Below are positions 55,067 through 62,699 of a stretch of 64,000 bases of DNA, piece after piece (positions within the stretch are counted from its first letter, which is position 1; each line of letters begins with the position of its first letter). The position numbers and the translations under genes were made by a program. The notes below the pieces were generated by a model that saw only the letters and a program-made list of their open reading frames with translations, was not told where the DNA came from and made no database searches. Origin of the DNA: an uncultured Gammaproteobacteria bacterium (lineage in GTDB: Bacteria > Patescibacteriota > Microgenomatia > CAZETR01 > Amesbacteraceae); the NCBI GenBank assembly GCA_964633995.1, contig CAZWKN010000005.1, forward strand, positions 920-64,919, read 5' to 3'.

Positions 55067-56683
55067 ATGACTCTCGACTCTATCATCCAACTTCTTCTCA
55101 AAAATCGCGGTCTGACGACCAAAAAAGCTATCGCGGATTTTTTTTCACCTCCCCATCCCAACGATATCATCTCACCCTTTGACTCCAAACCTGCTATCGA
55201 CTTAATTCATAGTCACATAGCTCAAAATAACCCCATTGCCGTTTATGGCGACTACGACGTCGATGGTATCTGTTCAACAGCAATTTTGTGGGAGACGTTG
55301 CATGCAGAATATCCGCATGTTTTTCCCCACATTCCTCACCGAAGGCTTGAAGGTTACGGCTTGTCTATTGCCGGGATCGATCATTGTCTTGCCCAGGGTG
55401 CCAAACTAATTATTGCTGTAGACAACGGTATTACTGCCGTGGATCAGGTTAAGTATTGTCGTGACCATGGATGTGACATTTTAATCATCGACCACCACGA
55501 AAAAGGTTCAACGCTTCCGGATACGCAATATGTACTACACGCTACGGATTGTTGTGCCGCCGGCCTGACCTGGTTTTTCTGCCGAGACTACATTAAAAAA
55601 TTCCCCTCTCCTGAATTAAGGAGAGGGGGCAGGGGTGAGGTTTTAGAACTAGTCTCTCTCGCCACCATATGTGACATGGTTCCTCTAATTGGCACCAACC
55701 GTTCTTTTGCCAAATTTGGATTAGAGCAATTAAACCACACCACCCGCCCCGGCCTCCTTGCCTTATTTCAAAAAGCCTCTCTAACCCCTAACACCCAACC
55801 CCTAACCACCTATCATATCGGTTTTCTCATCGGTCCTCGTCTCAATGCCATGGGTAGATTGGAGCACGCTATCGACAGTCTCCGTCTGCTTTGTACCAAA
55901 GATCCGATCAAGGCAGATTCAATCGCCACTTTACTAAACGACACCAACAAGCTTCGCCAGGATCTTACTGAGTCAGCCGTAAAAAACGCAACAAATTCAC
56001 TATCCCCTAGCTCCCTATCCCCAGTAATAGTTGTCTCCAGCTCGGATTACGACGAAGGGGTTATCGGGTTAATCGCTTCCAAGTTAGTTGAAAAATTTCA
56101 TCATCCGGCAATCGCTATTAGTGTAGGGGAGACCGTGTCCAAAGGTTCAGCCAGATCTATTCCCGGTTTTGATATTACAGCTCATTTGCGCCAGTTTTCC
56201 GGTTTGTTGGTAAGCATAGGTGGTCACACCATGGCCGCTGGTTTCACCATCGAAACCTCAAGGATCCAGGATCTAGTATCTAGCATCTCCCATCCAGATA
56301 TCCCCAAGGAGTTGTTGCAAAAAACCCAACGTGTCGATTGCGAAATTCCATTGTCGATTGTCAATTCTCAATTATCAACTGCACTCAAATCTTTCGAGCC
56401 ATTTGGCCTTGGCAACCCCACTCCGGTTTTTCAATCACAAGCCGAAATTTCATCGATCAAAACCATGGGCAGTATGGGACAACATGCCAGGTTAACTCTA
56501 AAGGATTGTCCATTCGATGCCGTCTGGTTCAACGCCACATTCCCCTCTCCTGAAATGAGGAGAGGGGGTAGGGGTGAGGTTGTGGGAGAAGTTTGGAACA
56601 TAATTTATACTCTCTCCGAAAACACCTACAACGGCCAAACCAAACTCCAGCTACTCATCAAATCCGTTACCCCCTCTCCATGA
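55067..56683 (+). CDS. recJ: Single-stranded-DNA-specific exonuclease RecJ (DHH/DHHA1), carrying two in-frame palindromic-element insertions
   Basis: DHH motifs (VYGDYDVDGICS; ILIIDHHE) and a DHHA1 region (GGHTMAAG). The stop TGA lies in the loop of the repeat copy at 56670. Confidence 0.85.
   Translation: MTLDSIIQLLLKNRGLTTKKAIADFFSPPHPNDIISPFDSKPAIDLIHSHIAQNNPIAVYGDYDVDGICSTAILWETLHAEYPHVFPHIPHRRLEGYGLSIAGIDHCLAQGAKLIIAVDNGITAVDQVKYCRDHGCDILIIDHHEKGSTLPDTQYVLHATDCCAAGLTWFFCRDYIKKFPSPELRRGGRGEVLELVSLATICDMVPLIGTNRSFAKFGLEQLNHTTRPGLLALFQKASLTPNTQPLTTYHIGFLIGPRLNAMGRLEHAIDSLRLLCTKDPIKADSIATLLNDTNKLRQDLTESAVKNATNSLSPSSLSPVIVVSSSDYDEGVIGLIASKLVEKFHHPAIAISVGETVSKGSARSIPGFDITAHLRQFSGLLVSIGGHTMAAGFTIETSRIQDLVSSISHPDIPKELLQKTQRVDCEIPLSIVNSQLSTALKSFEPFGLGNPTPVFQSQAEISSIKTMGSMGQHARLTLKDCPFDAVWFNATFPSPEMRRGGRGEVVGEVWNIIYTLSENTYNGQTKLQLLIKSVTPSP
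55601..55641. repeat. Palindromic element copy in frame within recJ (encodes FPSPELRRGGRGEV)
   Basis: TCCCCTCTCC-TGAATTAA-GGAGAGGGGG CAGGGGTGAGG. Confidence 0.85.
56334..56378. repeat. Degenerate tandem heptamer tract (TCGATTG/TCAATTN) inside recJ
   Basis: tcgattg cgaaattccat tgtcgattg tcaattc tcaatta tcaa encodes ...DCEIPLSIVNSQLST... The heptamer family matches the miaA tract. Confidence 0.5.
56541..56581. repeat. Second palindromic element copy in frame within recJ (encodes FPSPEMRRGGRGEV)
   Basis: TCCCCTCTCC-TGAAATGA-GGAGAGGGGG TAGGGGTGAGG. Confidence 0.85.
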
Positions 56684-56995
56684 TTATGGAGAGGGGGGGC
56701 CTGCCCGCCGGCAGGCGGGGGTGAGGTGGAATATTATGTCATCGCTAAACCCGCCCTGGCGGGTGTGGCGATCTTGGGTAGAGATTGCTTCTCTTCGTTC
56801 GCAATGACATAAAACTGTTCGTGCACCCCCCTCTTAAATTAAGAGGGGGGAAGGGGGGTGATATCTCTCTTATGGTGTCATCGCGAACCCGCCCCGGCAA
56901 TCCCATATTGTCATCGCGAACCCGCCTTGGCGGATGTGGAGATCTACATCTCCCTCTCCTGAAATGAGGAGAGGGAATAAGGGAGAGGTCATAAT
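56668..56995. repeat. Dense composite repeat cluster: three palindromic-element variants plus three copies of a second repeat (TGTCATCGCGAACCCGCC-YTGG-CGGRTGTGG) and an inverted partial copy
   Basis: Element variants at 56670-56730 (loop ATGATTAT plus a GCCTGCCCGCCGGCAGGCGGG module), 56826-56865 (CTCTTAAATTAAGAG) and 56948-56992 (CTCTCCTGAAATGAGGAGAG). TGTCATCGC... copies at 56737, 56876 and 56908, with an inverted GCAATGACA copy at 56801. Confidence 0.8.
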
Positions 56996-56998
56996 AAG

Positions 56999-57184
56999 CT
57001 AAGTTCTAGCTGTTCTTGCTCTTTGTGCGACCTTTTTATCTTCTTCAGCTCTTCTCCTTTGCGCTTCAGTGGGTCTGAATTGTGGCACTAGCCCCAAAAC
57101 CGCATTCATAATCATATCTCTCATGGGCAACCCCGCTTCGTGAGCGCAACCAAATTTTGCAGGTTTTGCTTCTGTTGCTGCCAT
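56999..57184 (-). CDS. Small hypothetical protein (61 aa) with basic C-terminus
   Basis: Canonical SD AAGGAGGTGA 7 nt upstream of the ATG (minus strand). Confidence 0.5.
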   Translation of the reverse strand: MAATEAKPAKFGCAHEAGLPMRDMIMNAVLGLVPQFRPTEAQRRRAEEDKKVAQRARTART

Positions 57185-57205
57185 ATTTTTTCACCTCCTT
57201 CAACT

Positions 57206-57228
57206 AAAAAACCCCGCTTTTTGCGGGG
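57206..57228 (-). terminator. Intrinsic terminator-like hairpin (CCCCGC-AAAAA-GCGGGG plus TTTTTT on the minus strand) 9 nt upstream of the small gene's SD; possible attenuator
   Basis: GC hairpin and U-tract read on the minus strand, placed between the upstream leader and the RBS of 56999..57184. Confidence 0.5.
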
Positions 57229-57362
57229 TATTTGTAAAAAATAAATAACGTTTCTTACATTCCCCCGCGGATTGCCCAGTTAAGGACAATACGAAGCCCG
57301 CCCTTAATAATGGCGTGCTGGGAAAATGTATGCATCAAAGACATGTGAAACATTTTAATATC

Positions 57363-57391
57363 TTGACTTAAGTTTAGTCAAGAACGATAAT
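57363..57391 (+). promoter_or_regulatory. Sigma-70-like promoter (TTGACT-N17-GATAAT) directed toward aspS; -35 embedded in a palindrome TTGAC-N10-GTCAA
   Basis: Near-consensus -35 and -10 hexamers with 17-nt spacing, about 190 nt upstream of the aspS ATG. Confidence 0.5.
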
Positions 57392-57537
57392 ACCCTCAAA
57401 GCGTTATTAGTCTGCCGACACCAGACGAGCTTCCCGAAAAAACCGGGACGGACCCATCCGTAAAAGTGGAAATCAAGACCCCTGATGTGGATGGCACCTT
57501 GGATCCGCACCATTAAAGGGTCTTTTTTGTTTTTATT

Positions 57538-57580
57538 TCCCCTCTTAGATTAAGAGGGGAACCCGAAGGAGGGGTGATAT
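57538..57580. repeat. Palindromic element variant (CCCCTCTTAGATTAAGAGGGG plus GGAGGGGTGA) overlapping the aspS ribosome-binding site
   Basis: The tail AAGGAGGGG ends 9-11 nt before the aspS ATG. Confidence 0.75.
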
Positions 57581-57583
57581 TTT

Positions 57584-58900
57584 ATGAACCGTACTTTAAT
57601 TAATCAAACCATCTCAAAAATTGGAGAAACAGTCCTTCTTAAAGGCTGGGTAAACAGTAGGCGGGATCATGGCAAGATCGTTTTTATAGACTTGCGTGAC
57701 AGGACGGGTCTAATGCAGATAGTTTTATCGCCGGAATTAGCCGCCGATCTTCATGTTGAGGATGTTGTCCAAATATCTGGATTAGTCAAAGCCCGGCCTG
57801 AAAAACTAGTTAATCCAAAGCTGGTTTCAGGTACGGTAGAGCTGGAAGCCAAAGAGGTTGTCGTGCTTAGTAAATCAGCCGAATTGCCTTTCGACCTGGG
57901 TCAGGAAACATTGGACCTACAGCTTCCTACCCTTTTGGATTATCGGGCGCTTACTCTCAGGCATCCCAAAGTTCAGGCGATTTTCAAAGTTCAGGAGGTA
58001 GTCATTGATAGCTTTAGAAAAGCGCTACAAGCGAGGGATTTTAGAGAGTTCCAAGCACCAAACATCATTTCCTCGATTCCCGAGGGGGGGGCCGAAGTTT
58101 TTGAGGTCAAATACTTTGACCACAAAGCTTATTTGTCCCAGAGCCCTCAGTTATATAAATCATTGTTAGTAGGGGATTTTGAAAGAGTCTTTAGCGTCAA
58201 CAAAGTTTTTAGGGCCGAACCCAGTGTCACGACCCGTCACCTAACCGAAGTAGTAAGTTTGGACGCAGAATTTGGCTTTTTGGAGTCCTGGTTAGATGTT
58301 TTGGAGATGGAGGAATACGTAGTCAGATTTATCTTTTCAGAAGTAGAAAAAAAGTGTCAGGCTGAGTTGGCATTATTCCAGGCTACCTTGCCCAAATTGG
58401 CAGATAAAATACCGTTGGTGAAACTCAGGGATGCCCAAGAAATAATTCTTCAAAGAACCGGGCGAGATTCCCGACACGAAAAAGATCTTTCACCGGAAGA
58501 CGAACGCGAAATCTGTAGATGGTCACTCGAAGAACATGGGTCTGATCTGGTCTACGTTTCACATTTCTTAACTGCCAAAAAACCTTTTTACATCCAACCA
58601 GATCCGGAAAATCCAGAGTTTGTTTTAAGCGTAGATTTGTTGGGACGAGGGGTAGAATGGTCCAGTGGGGGCCAAAGGCTCAATGATTATGACCACATAC
58701 GAAAAAACATCAAAGAGTGGGGATTAAAAGAGGAAGATGTGGCCATGTATCTTCAAGCATTTAAATATGGCGTGCCTCCTTTGGGGGGTTTTGCCTTGGG
58801 AGCGGAAAGAGTGACCATGCACATTTTGGGTCTACAAAACATTCGTGAAGCCTCTTTGTTTCCCCGCGATATGGAAAGAGTAGACTTCCGACTTTCATGA
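57584..58900 (+). CDS. aspS: Aspartyl-tRNA synthetase, short (archaeal/eukaryal-like, likely non-discriminating) type
   Basis: N-terminal OB anticodon-binding domain and class II motifs (FRAE..; GLDRLVM-like GAERVTMHILG). 438 aa with no GAD insertion domain. Confidence 0.88.
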   Translation: MNRTLINQTISKIGETVLLKGWVNSRRDHGKIVFIDLRDRTGLMQIVLSPELAADLHVEDVVQISGLVKARPEKLVNPKLVSGTVELEAKEVVVLSKSAELPFDLGQETLDLQLPTLLDYRALTLRHPKVQAIFKVQEVVIDSFRKALQARDFREFQAPNIISSIPEGGAEVFEVKYFDHKAYLSQSPQLYKSLLVGDFERVFSVNKVFRAEPSVTTRHLTEVVSLDAEFGFLESWLDVLEMEEYVVRFIFSEVEKKCQAELALFQATLPKLADKIPLVKLRDAQEIILQRTGRDSRHEKDLSPEDEREICRWSLEEHGSDLVYVSHFLTAKKPFYIQPDPENPEFVLSVDLLGRGVEWSSGGQRLNDYDHIRKNIKEWGLKEEDVAMYLQAFKYGVPPLGGFALGAERVTMHILGLQNIREASLFPRDMERVDFRLS

Positions 58901-59805
58901 CCAAGAAATTTCTTATCCGCAAATTCAAGCTGCTATTTCATAAATCCAAAAAAAAAGATTTTTCTCACCTGGCGGTCTTTTTATTGACGGTTTTAATCGG
59001 TCTAAATCTTTCATCACCATCAAAAATCCCGGTTACTAGGCAGTCGGTTTTAGGGCAATCATCAAAATTTCTCAAAGCCTCGCCACCCGTCGTTTCCGCT
59101 AAAAGCGTTTTTATTCTCGATATAACTTCTGGGGAAGTGGTCTATCAAAAACAAGCAGATTCCGAGGTCTACCCGGCATCCACCACCAAAATGATGACAG
59201 CTGTAATTGCCAAAGAAACTTTCGACCCGAATCAAGTCCTCACCATTTCCCGTCTATATAATCTTGGGAGTCAGGATCTCAAATTGCCGGTAGGCGGGAA
59301 AATTACTATAGAAAAATTGCTGTACGCTCTCCTGGTTTCTTCTTCAAACGATGCGGCCGAAATACTTGCCGAAAATTACCCCGGAGGAAGAACCGCTTTC
59401 GTTGAGGCCATGAATCGCAAGGCTTCGGAACTGTTACTTCACCACACTCATTTTGAAAATCCTACCGGCTTGGACCAAATAAACCATTATTCATCCGCAG
59501 CCGATTTAGCCAGGTTGGCCAAACATCTGATTTCAGTTCCGGAATTAGCCAGGATCGTTGGGACTCAAACCGCCGTCCTTTCCACCGTCGACTTTTCCGG
59601 GGTCTACACGGTCACAAATGTAAACCAGCTGTTGGGTAAAGTGCCTGGCGTTATGGGGGTAAAGACTGGTTTTACAGATTTAGCAGGCCAGGTCTTAGTG
59701 ACTTACGTCAATCGCGAGAACAGACCTCTAATCATTAGTGTCCTGGGCAGTTTAGACCGTTTTTCTGATACCGAATCCCTCATCACCTGGGCCTATTCGC
59801 AATAA
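58897..59805 (+). CDS. D-alanyl-D-alanine carboxypeptidase (S11 family, PBP5-like)
   Basis: SxxK ASTTKMM, SxN SSSND and KTG KTGFT motifs. N-terminal TM or signal. Confidence 0.8.
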   Translation: MTKKFLIRKFKLLFHKSKKKDFSHLAVFLLTVLIGLNLSSPSKIPVTRQSVLGQSSKFLKASPPVVSAKSVFILDITSGEVVYQKQADSEVYPASTTKMMTAVIAKETFDPNQVLTISRLYNLGSQDLKLPVGGKITIEKLLYALLVSSSNDAAEILAENYPGGRTAFVEAMNRKASELLLHHTHFENPTGLDQINHYSSAADLARLAKHLISVPELARIVGTQTAVLSTVDFSGVYTVTNVNQLLGKVPGVMGVKTGFTDLAGQVLVTYVNRENRPLIISVLGSLDRFSDTESLITWAYSQ

Positions 59806-60130
59806 CAACTTCTCCACAACCTTGTCCATATCCCTTTCAACTTCATTATTCCAAAATTCCAGTACAACTATGCCAAACGCCTCTAAATATTTTTTTCTGT
59901 AACCATCATATCGATCCCCAATCTTTTTTCCGGACAATAAAAATCCATTACATACCCATTCACGCTGTACTGTCTTCTAAATTTTACCCATAATTGATTG
60001 TTTCGCAATTTTTCCCAAAGCAATTTCTCTGCATTCGTCGATTTTTGTCGTTAATCTCTTCTTCTGGCCTTGAGTTCAGTACGATAATATACTCTTTTTC
60101 TATCGTCCATGCCATAATTTTACTCTTCTT
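59752..60130 (-). pseudogene. DUF559 gene copy 3, disrupted (frameshifted); only a 61-aa C-terminal ORF remains
   Basis: Nucleotide sequence 59905-60125 is near-identical to 46925-47205 (DUF559 copy 1) but with a broken frame. The remnant ORF ...KKYLEAFGIVVLEFWNNEVERDMDKVVEKL matches the copy-1 C-terminus. It is followed by the same palindromic element. Confidence 0.7.
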
Positions 60131-60133
60131 ATT

Positions 60134-60300
60134 TCTCCCCTCTCCACAATTGTGGAGAGGGGCAGGCCTGCCTGCCGGCAGGCAGGGGGTGAGGTGGTAC
60201 GCGTGTCGCGGAATTATTGTGAAGTTATGGTTACAGCGTGTGGGCAGGGGGTGAGGTGGTACACACGTCGCGGAACTATTGTGAAGTTATGGTTACAGCA
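60134..60300. repeat. Palindromic element (loop ACAATTGT plus GCCTGCCTGCCGGCAGGCAGG module) followed by a diverged tandem duplication (about 62-nt period x2)
   Basis: CCCTCTCC-ACAATTGT-GGAGAGGGG, then GGCAGGGGGTGAGGTGGTAC..CGTCGCGGAA.TATTGTGAAGTTATGGTTACAGC repeated at 60181 and 60243. Confidence 0.85.
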
Positions 60301-60313
60301 TTGGGTTTCTACT

Positions 60314-61351
60314 TTATTGTACAAACTTCGCATCCACTGCCTGCACGTATCCCATAAACCCTCCGTCGCCCTCAAATACAAACACGGGTTGTAAAAAATC
60401 CTGGGGGTCGTTGGACTCGTAATATGCCAAACTTGCTCTTCGGACAATAATTTTATTTCCAGCCTTTTTAGCCACATACCCTTCACCCTTCATTAGTTGT
60501 GACCAAGCCAATTCGACCGATTTAAGTGGATATGTCTCAAAACTGGTATCGACCGTGTCAGAGTACTGTGAGTTGGCGGCAATCACTCGTTTAATCCCCG
60601 GAAGCCTAGACAAAACTACACTAACAGGAGATGTGTCACCTCCGGTTGTTACAACCCTCATCTTGTCTTTATCGGCCCTCCAAAGATCAACTCTTGCAAA
60701 ATTAGCCTCGTAAAACGAATCCGTCGGTATCATGGCTGATCCGGTAGCCACCAAGTAAGTTATCTTATATTGCCCGGACCTTAGGTCCTCCTGCAAATAT
60801 CCAATGTTGTTTAAAAATTCCCTGGCCTGCGTCAAAGCCTGATCGCCAGTAGGCACGGCCTTCGTGGTATAGGCCAGTTTATCTGTTGTCCAGTCAAATT
60901 TATAGCTCATGGATCCGGTAATGATGTTACTGACAATGCTGATTGGAGCCCCGGGATAAGCAAACTTATAATTTTGCTCATCCAACATTTCCGGATCTAC
61001 TGTAAAACCTTGGGTTCGAAGCTTGGATTTTATTCTGTCCAGGGTAAGTAATCTGGATTTATTAATTCCCACTACATACACTCGGCCCACGTTTGGTAAT
61101 GCCGGCAACCTTCCGTCAATAGTAATCAAAGAATACTCAGGCGTAGCCTCCGATGCATTTGCCGGAAAAGCAATTTTAGGCAATTTTCCATAACGGGCAG
61201 TCGGTTGTGGCGGTGGAGGGGGGTTAAGTTTTAAGTAATATAATCTGGCTGCCCTAAAAACAAACGGTATTATCGACAGTACAACCACCACCACCGCCCC
61301 CCATTTGATACCCTTGCGGGCAATTACGCTTACCTCAGTCAGTGTTGCCAT
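60314..61351 (-). CDS. Hypothetical secreted, membrane-anchored protein (N-terminal TM, Pro-rich linker)
   Basis: Start trimmed to MATLTEV (61351); the longer ORF would overlap gltX. TM WGAVVVVVLSIIPFVF, then PPPPPQP. Confidence 0.5.
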   Translation of the reverse strand: MATLTEVSVIARKGIKWGAVVVVVLSIIPFVFRAARLYYLKLNPPPPPQPTARYGKLPKIAFPANASEATPEYSLITIDGRLPALPNVGRVYVVGINKSRLLTLDRIKSKLRTQGFTVDPEMLDEQNYKFAYPGAPISIVSNIITGSMSYKFDWTTDKLAYTTKAVPTGDQALTQAREFLNNIGYLQEDLRSGQYKITYLVATGSAMIPTDSFYEANFARVDLWRADKDKMRVVTTGGDTSPVSVVLSRLPGIKRVIAANSQYSDTVDTSFETYPLKSVELAWSQLMKGEGYVAKKAGNKIIVRRASLAYYESNDPQDFLQPVFVFEGDGGFMGYVQAVDAKFVQ

Positions 61352-61368
61352 GCTAAAATTATAATACC

Positions 61369-62682
61369 ATGATCCGTACTCGTTTTGCCCCATCTCCCAC
61401 CGGTTTTTTGCATATCGGTGGATTACGCACCGCCGTCTATGCATATGCCCTGGCCAAACACTCACAGGGTCAGTTTTTGCTTCGCATCGAAGACACCGAT
61501 CAAAAACGGGAAGTTGCTGGTGCCACCCAAGCTCTCAAGGACACGCTTTTAAAATTTGGTCTTGTCTGGGACGAGTTGTATGTTCAGTCAGACCGGGCCA
61601 AATCCGGGGTTTACAAAGAAGCCGCCGAAAAATTAGTAAAAAATGGTCAGGCCTTTTTCTGTCAGTGTCCCGCCAAAAACGCCAAACTGGATGGGTTTAC
61701 CACCATTCTTAGGGATCCCTGCCGGGACAAAAACTTTACCTCAGGGGCCATTAAGCTCAAGGTTCCCGATGGTCAGATCGTTAAATACCGGGATTTTGTC
61801 CACCGCAAAGAAATTTCCTGGGAGACAAGTAAGGTTTATGACGCCACGCTTTTAAAATCAGACGGCTTTCCCACGTATCATTTGGCAGTGGCCGTAGACG
61901 ATTTAGATATGGGTATTACTCACATCTTAAGAGGTCACGACTGGCTTCCATCGACCCCTATCCATTTATTAGTCTTTTCATATTTAGGTTTCACCCGACC
62001 GGAGATTGGTCATCTTTCGGATATTCTGTCAGTTCAAACCGGCAAGAAACTATCCAAACGTCGCGACTCTGTTTTCGTAGAACAATTTTTAGCCGATGGA
62101 TACTTGCCGGAAGCGCTGTTAAATTTCATCTTTTTATTAGGTTGGGCGCCCAAGGACAACCGGGAATTGTATACGTTAGATGAATTTGTCCAAGCTTTCG
62201 ACCCCAAAGGGTTTCAGGAAGCCAACCCCCATTTCTATTCCGAAAAATTAAATTGGTTCAATGGTCAATACATTCGTCGCAAATCGGATGAAGAGCTAGT
62301 TCAATTAATTAAACCACATTATGCTGATCCAAAACTGCCCCAAATCCTACCTCTTATCAAAGATCGGCTTGTTTCCCTGGCCGATTTCCCAAAACTAGCA
62401 AAAGTGTTTACTGAAAGGCCGGCTGTTTCGGCCGACCCTGCCATGTCTCCCAGTCATCTGACTTTTGCAATCGCAAATATTGATGCTCTATTACGAGGTG
62501 AATTGGTAGAATCTGTAAAATCCCAAGGATGGAAAGTGGGGGATTTCTTTATGTCTCTTCGTCTTGCCATCTGCGGTTCCCGCCAGACCCCTCCGCTTAC
62601 CGAAACCATGCAAATTCTAGGCAAAGAAGAATCGCTCAGCCGTCTCTCCCTGGCATTAAATTTATTAGCAATTCGCAATTAG
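61369..62682 (+). CDS. gltX: Glutamyl-tRNA synthetase (class I, HIGH motif), short form
   Basis: RFAPSPTGFLHIGGLRTA (HIGH), a KMSKS-like KLSKR, and the Glu/Gln-RS catalytic core. 437 aa. Confidence 0.85.
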   Translation: MIRTRFAPSPTGFLHIGGLRTAVYAYALAKHSQGQFLLRIEDTDQKREVAGATQALKDTLLKFGLVWDELYVQSDRAKSGVYKEAAEKLVKNGQAFFCQCPAKNAKLDGFTTILRDPCRDKNFTSGAIKLKVPDGQIVKYRDFVHRKEISWETSKVYDATLLKSDGFPTYHLAVAVDDLDMGITHILRGHDWLPSTPIHLLVFSYLGFTRPEIGHLSDILSVQTGKKLSKRRDSVFVEQFLADGYLPEALLNFIFLLGWAPKDNRELYTLDEFVQAFDPKGFQEANPHFYSEKLNWFNGQYIRRKSDEELVQLIKPHYADPKLPQILPLIKDRLVSLADFPKLAKVFTERPAVSADPAMSPSHLTFAIANIDALLRGELVESVKSQGWKVGDFFMSLRLAICGSRQTPPLTETMQILGKEESLSRLSLALNLLAIRN

Positions 62683-62699
62683 CAATTAGTAATTTTTAG

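Noticed and set aside
57398-57583. T-box riboswitch upstream of aspS
   Set aside because: A terminator-like hairpin and a UGGN-ACC-like stretch (TGGATGGCACC) are present. But the T-box 14-nt consensus (AAUUAGGGUGGNACCGCG), a Stem I specifier loop with a GAC codon, and adequate leader length (only about 190 nt here) are lacking. It is kept only as a generic attenuator candidate.
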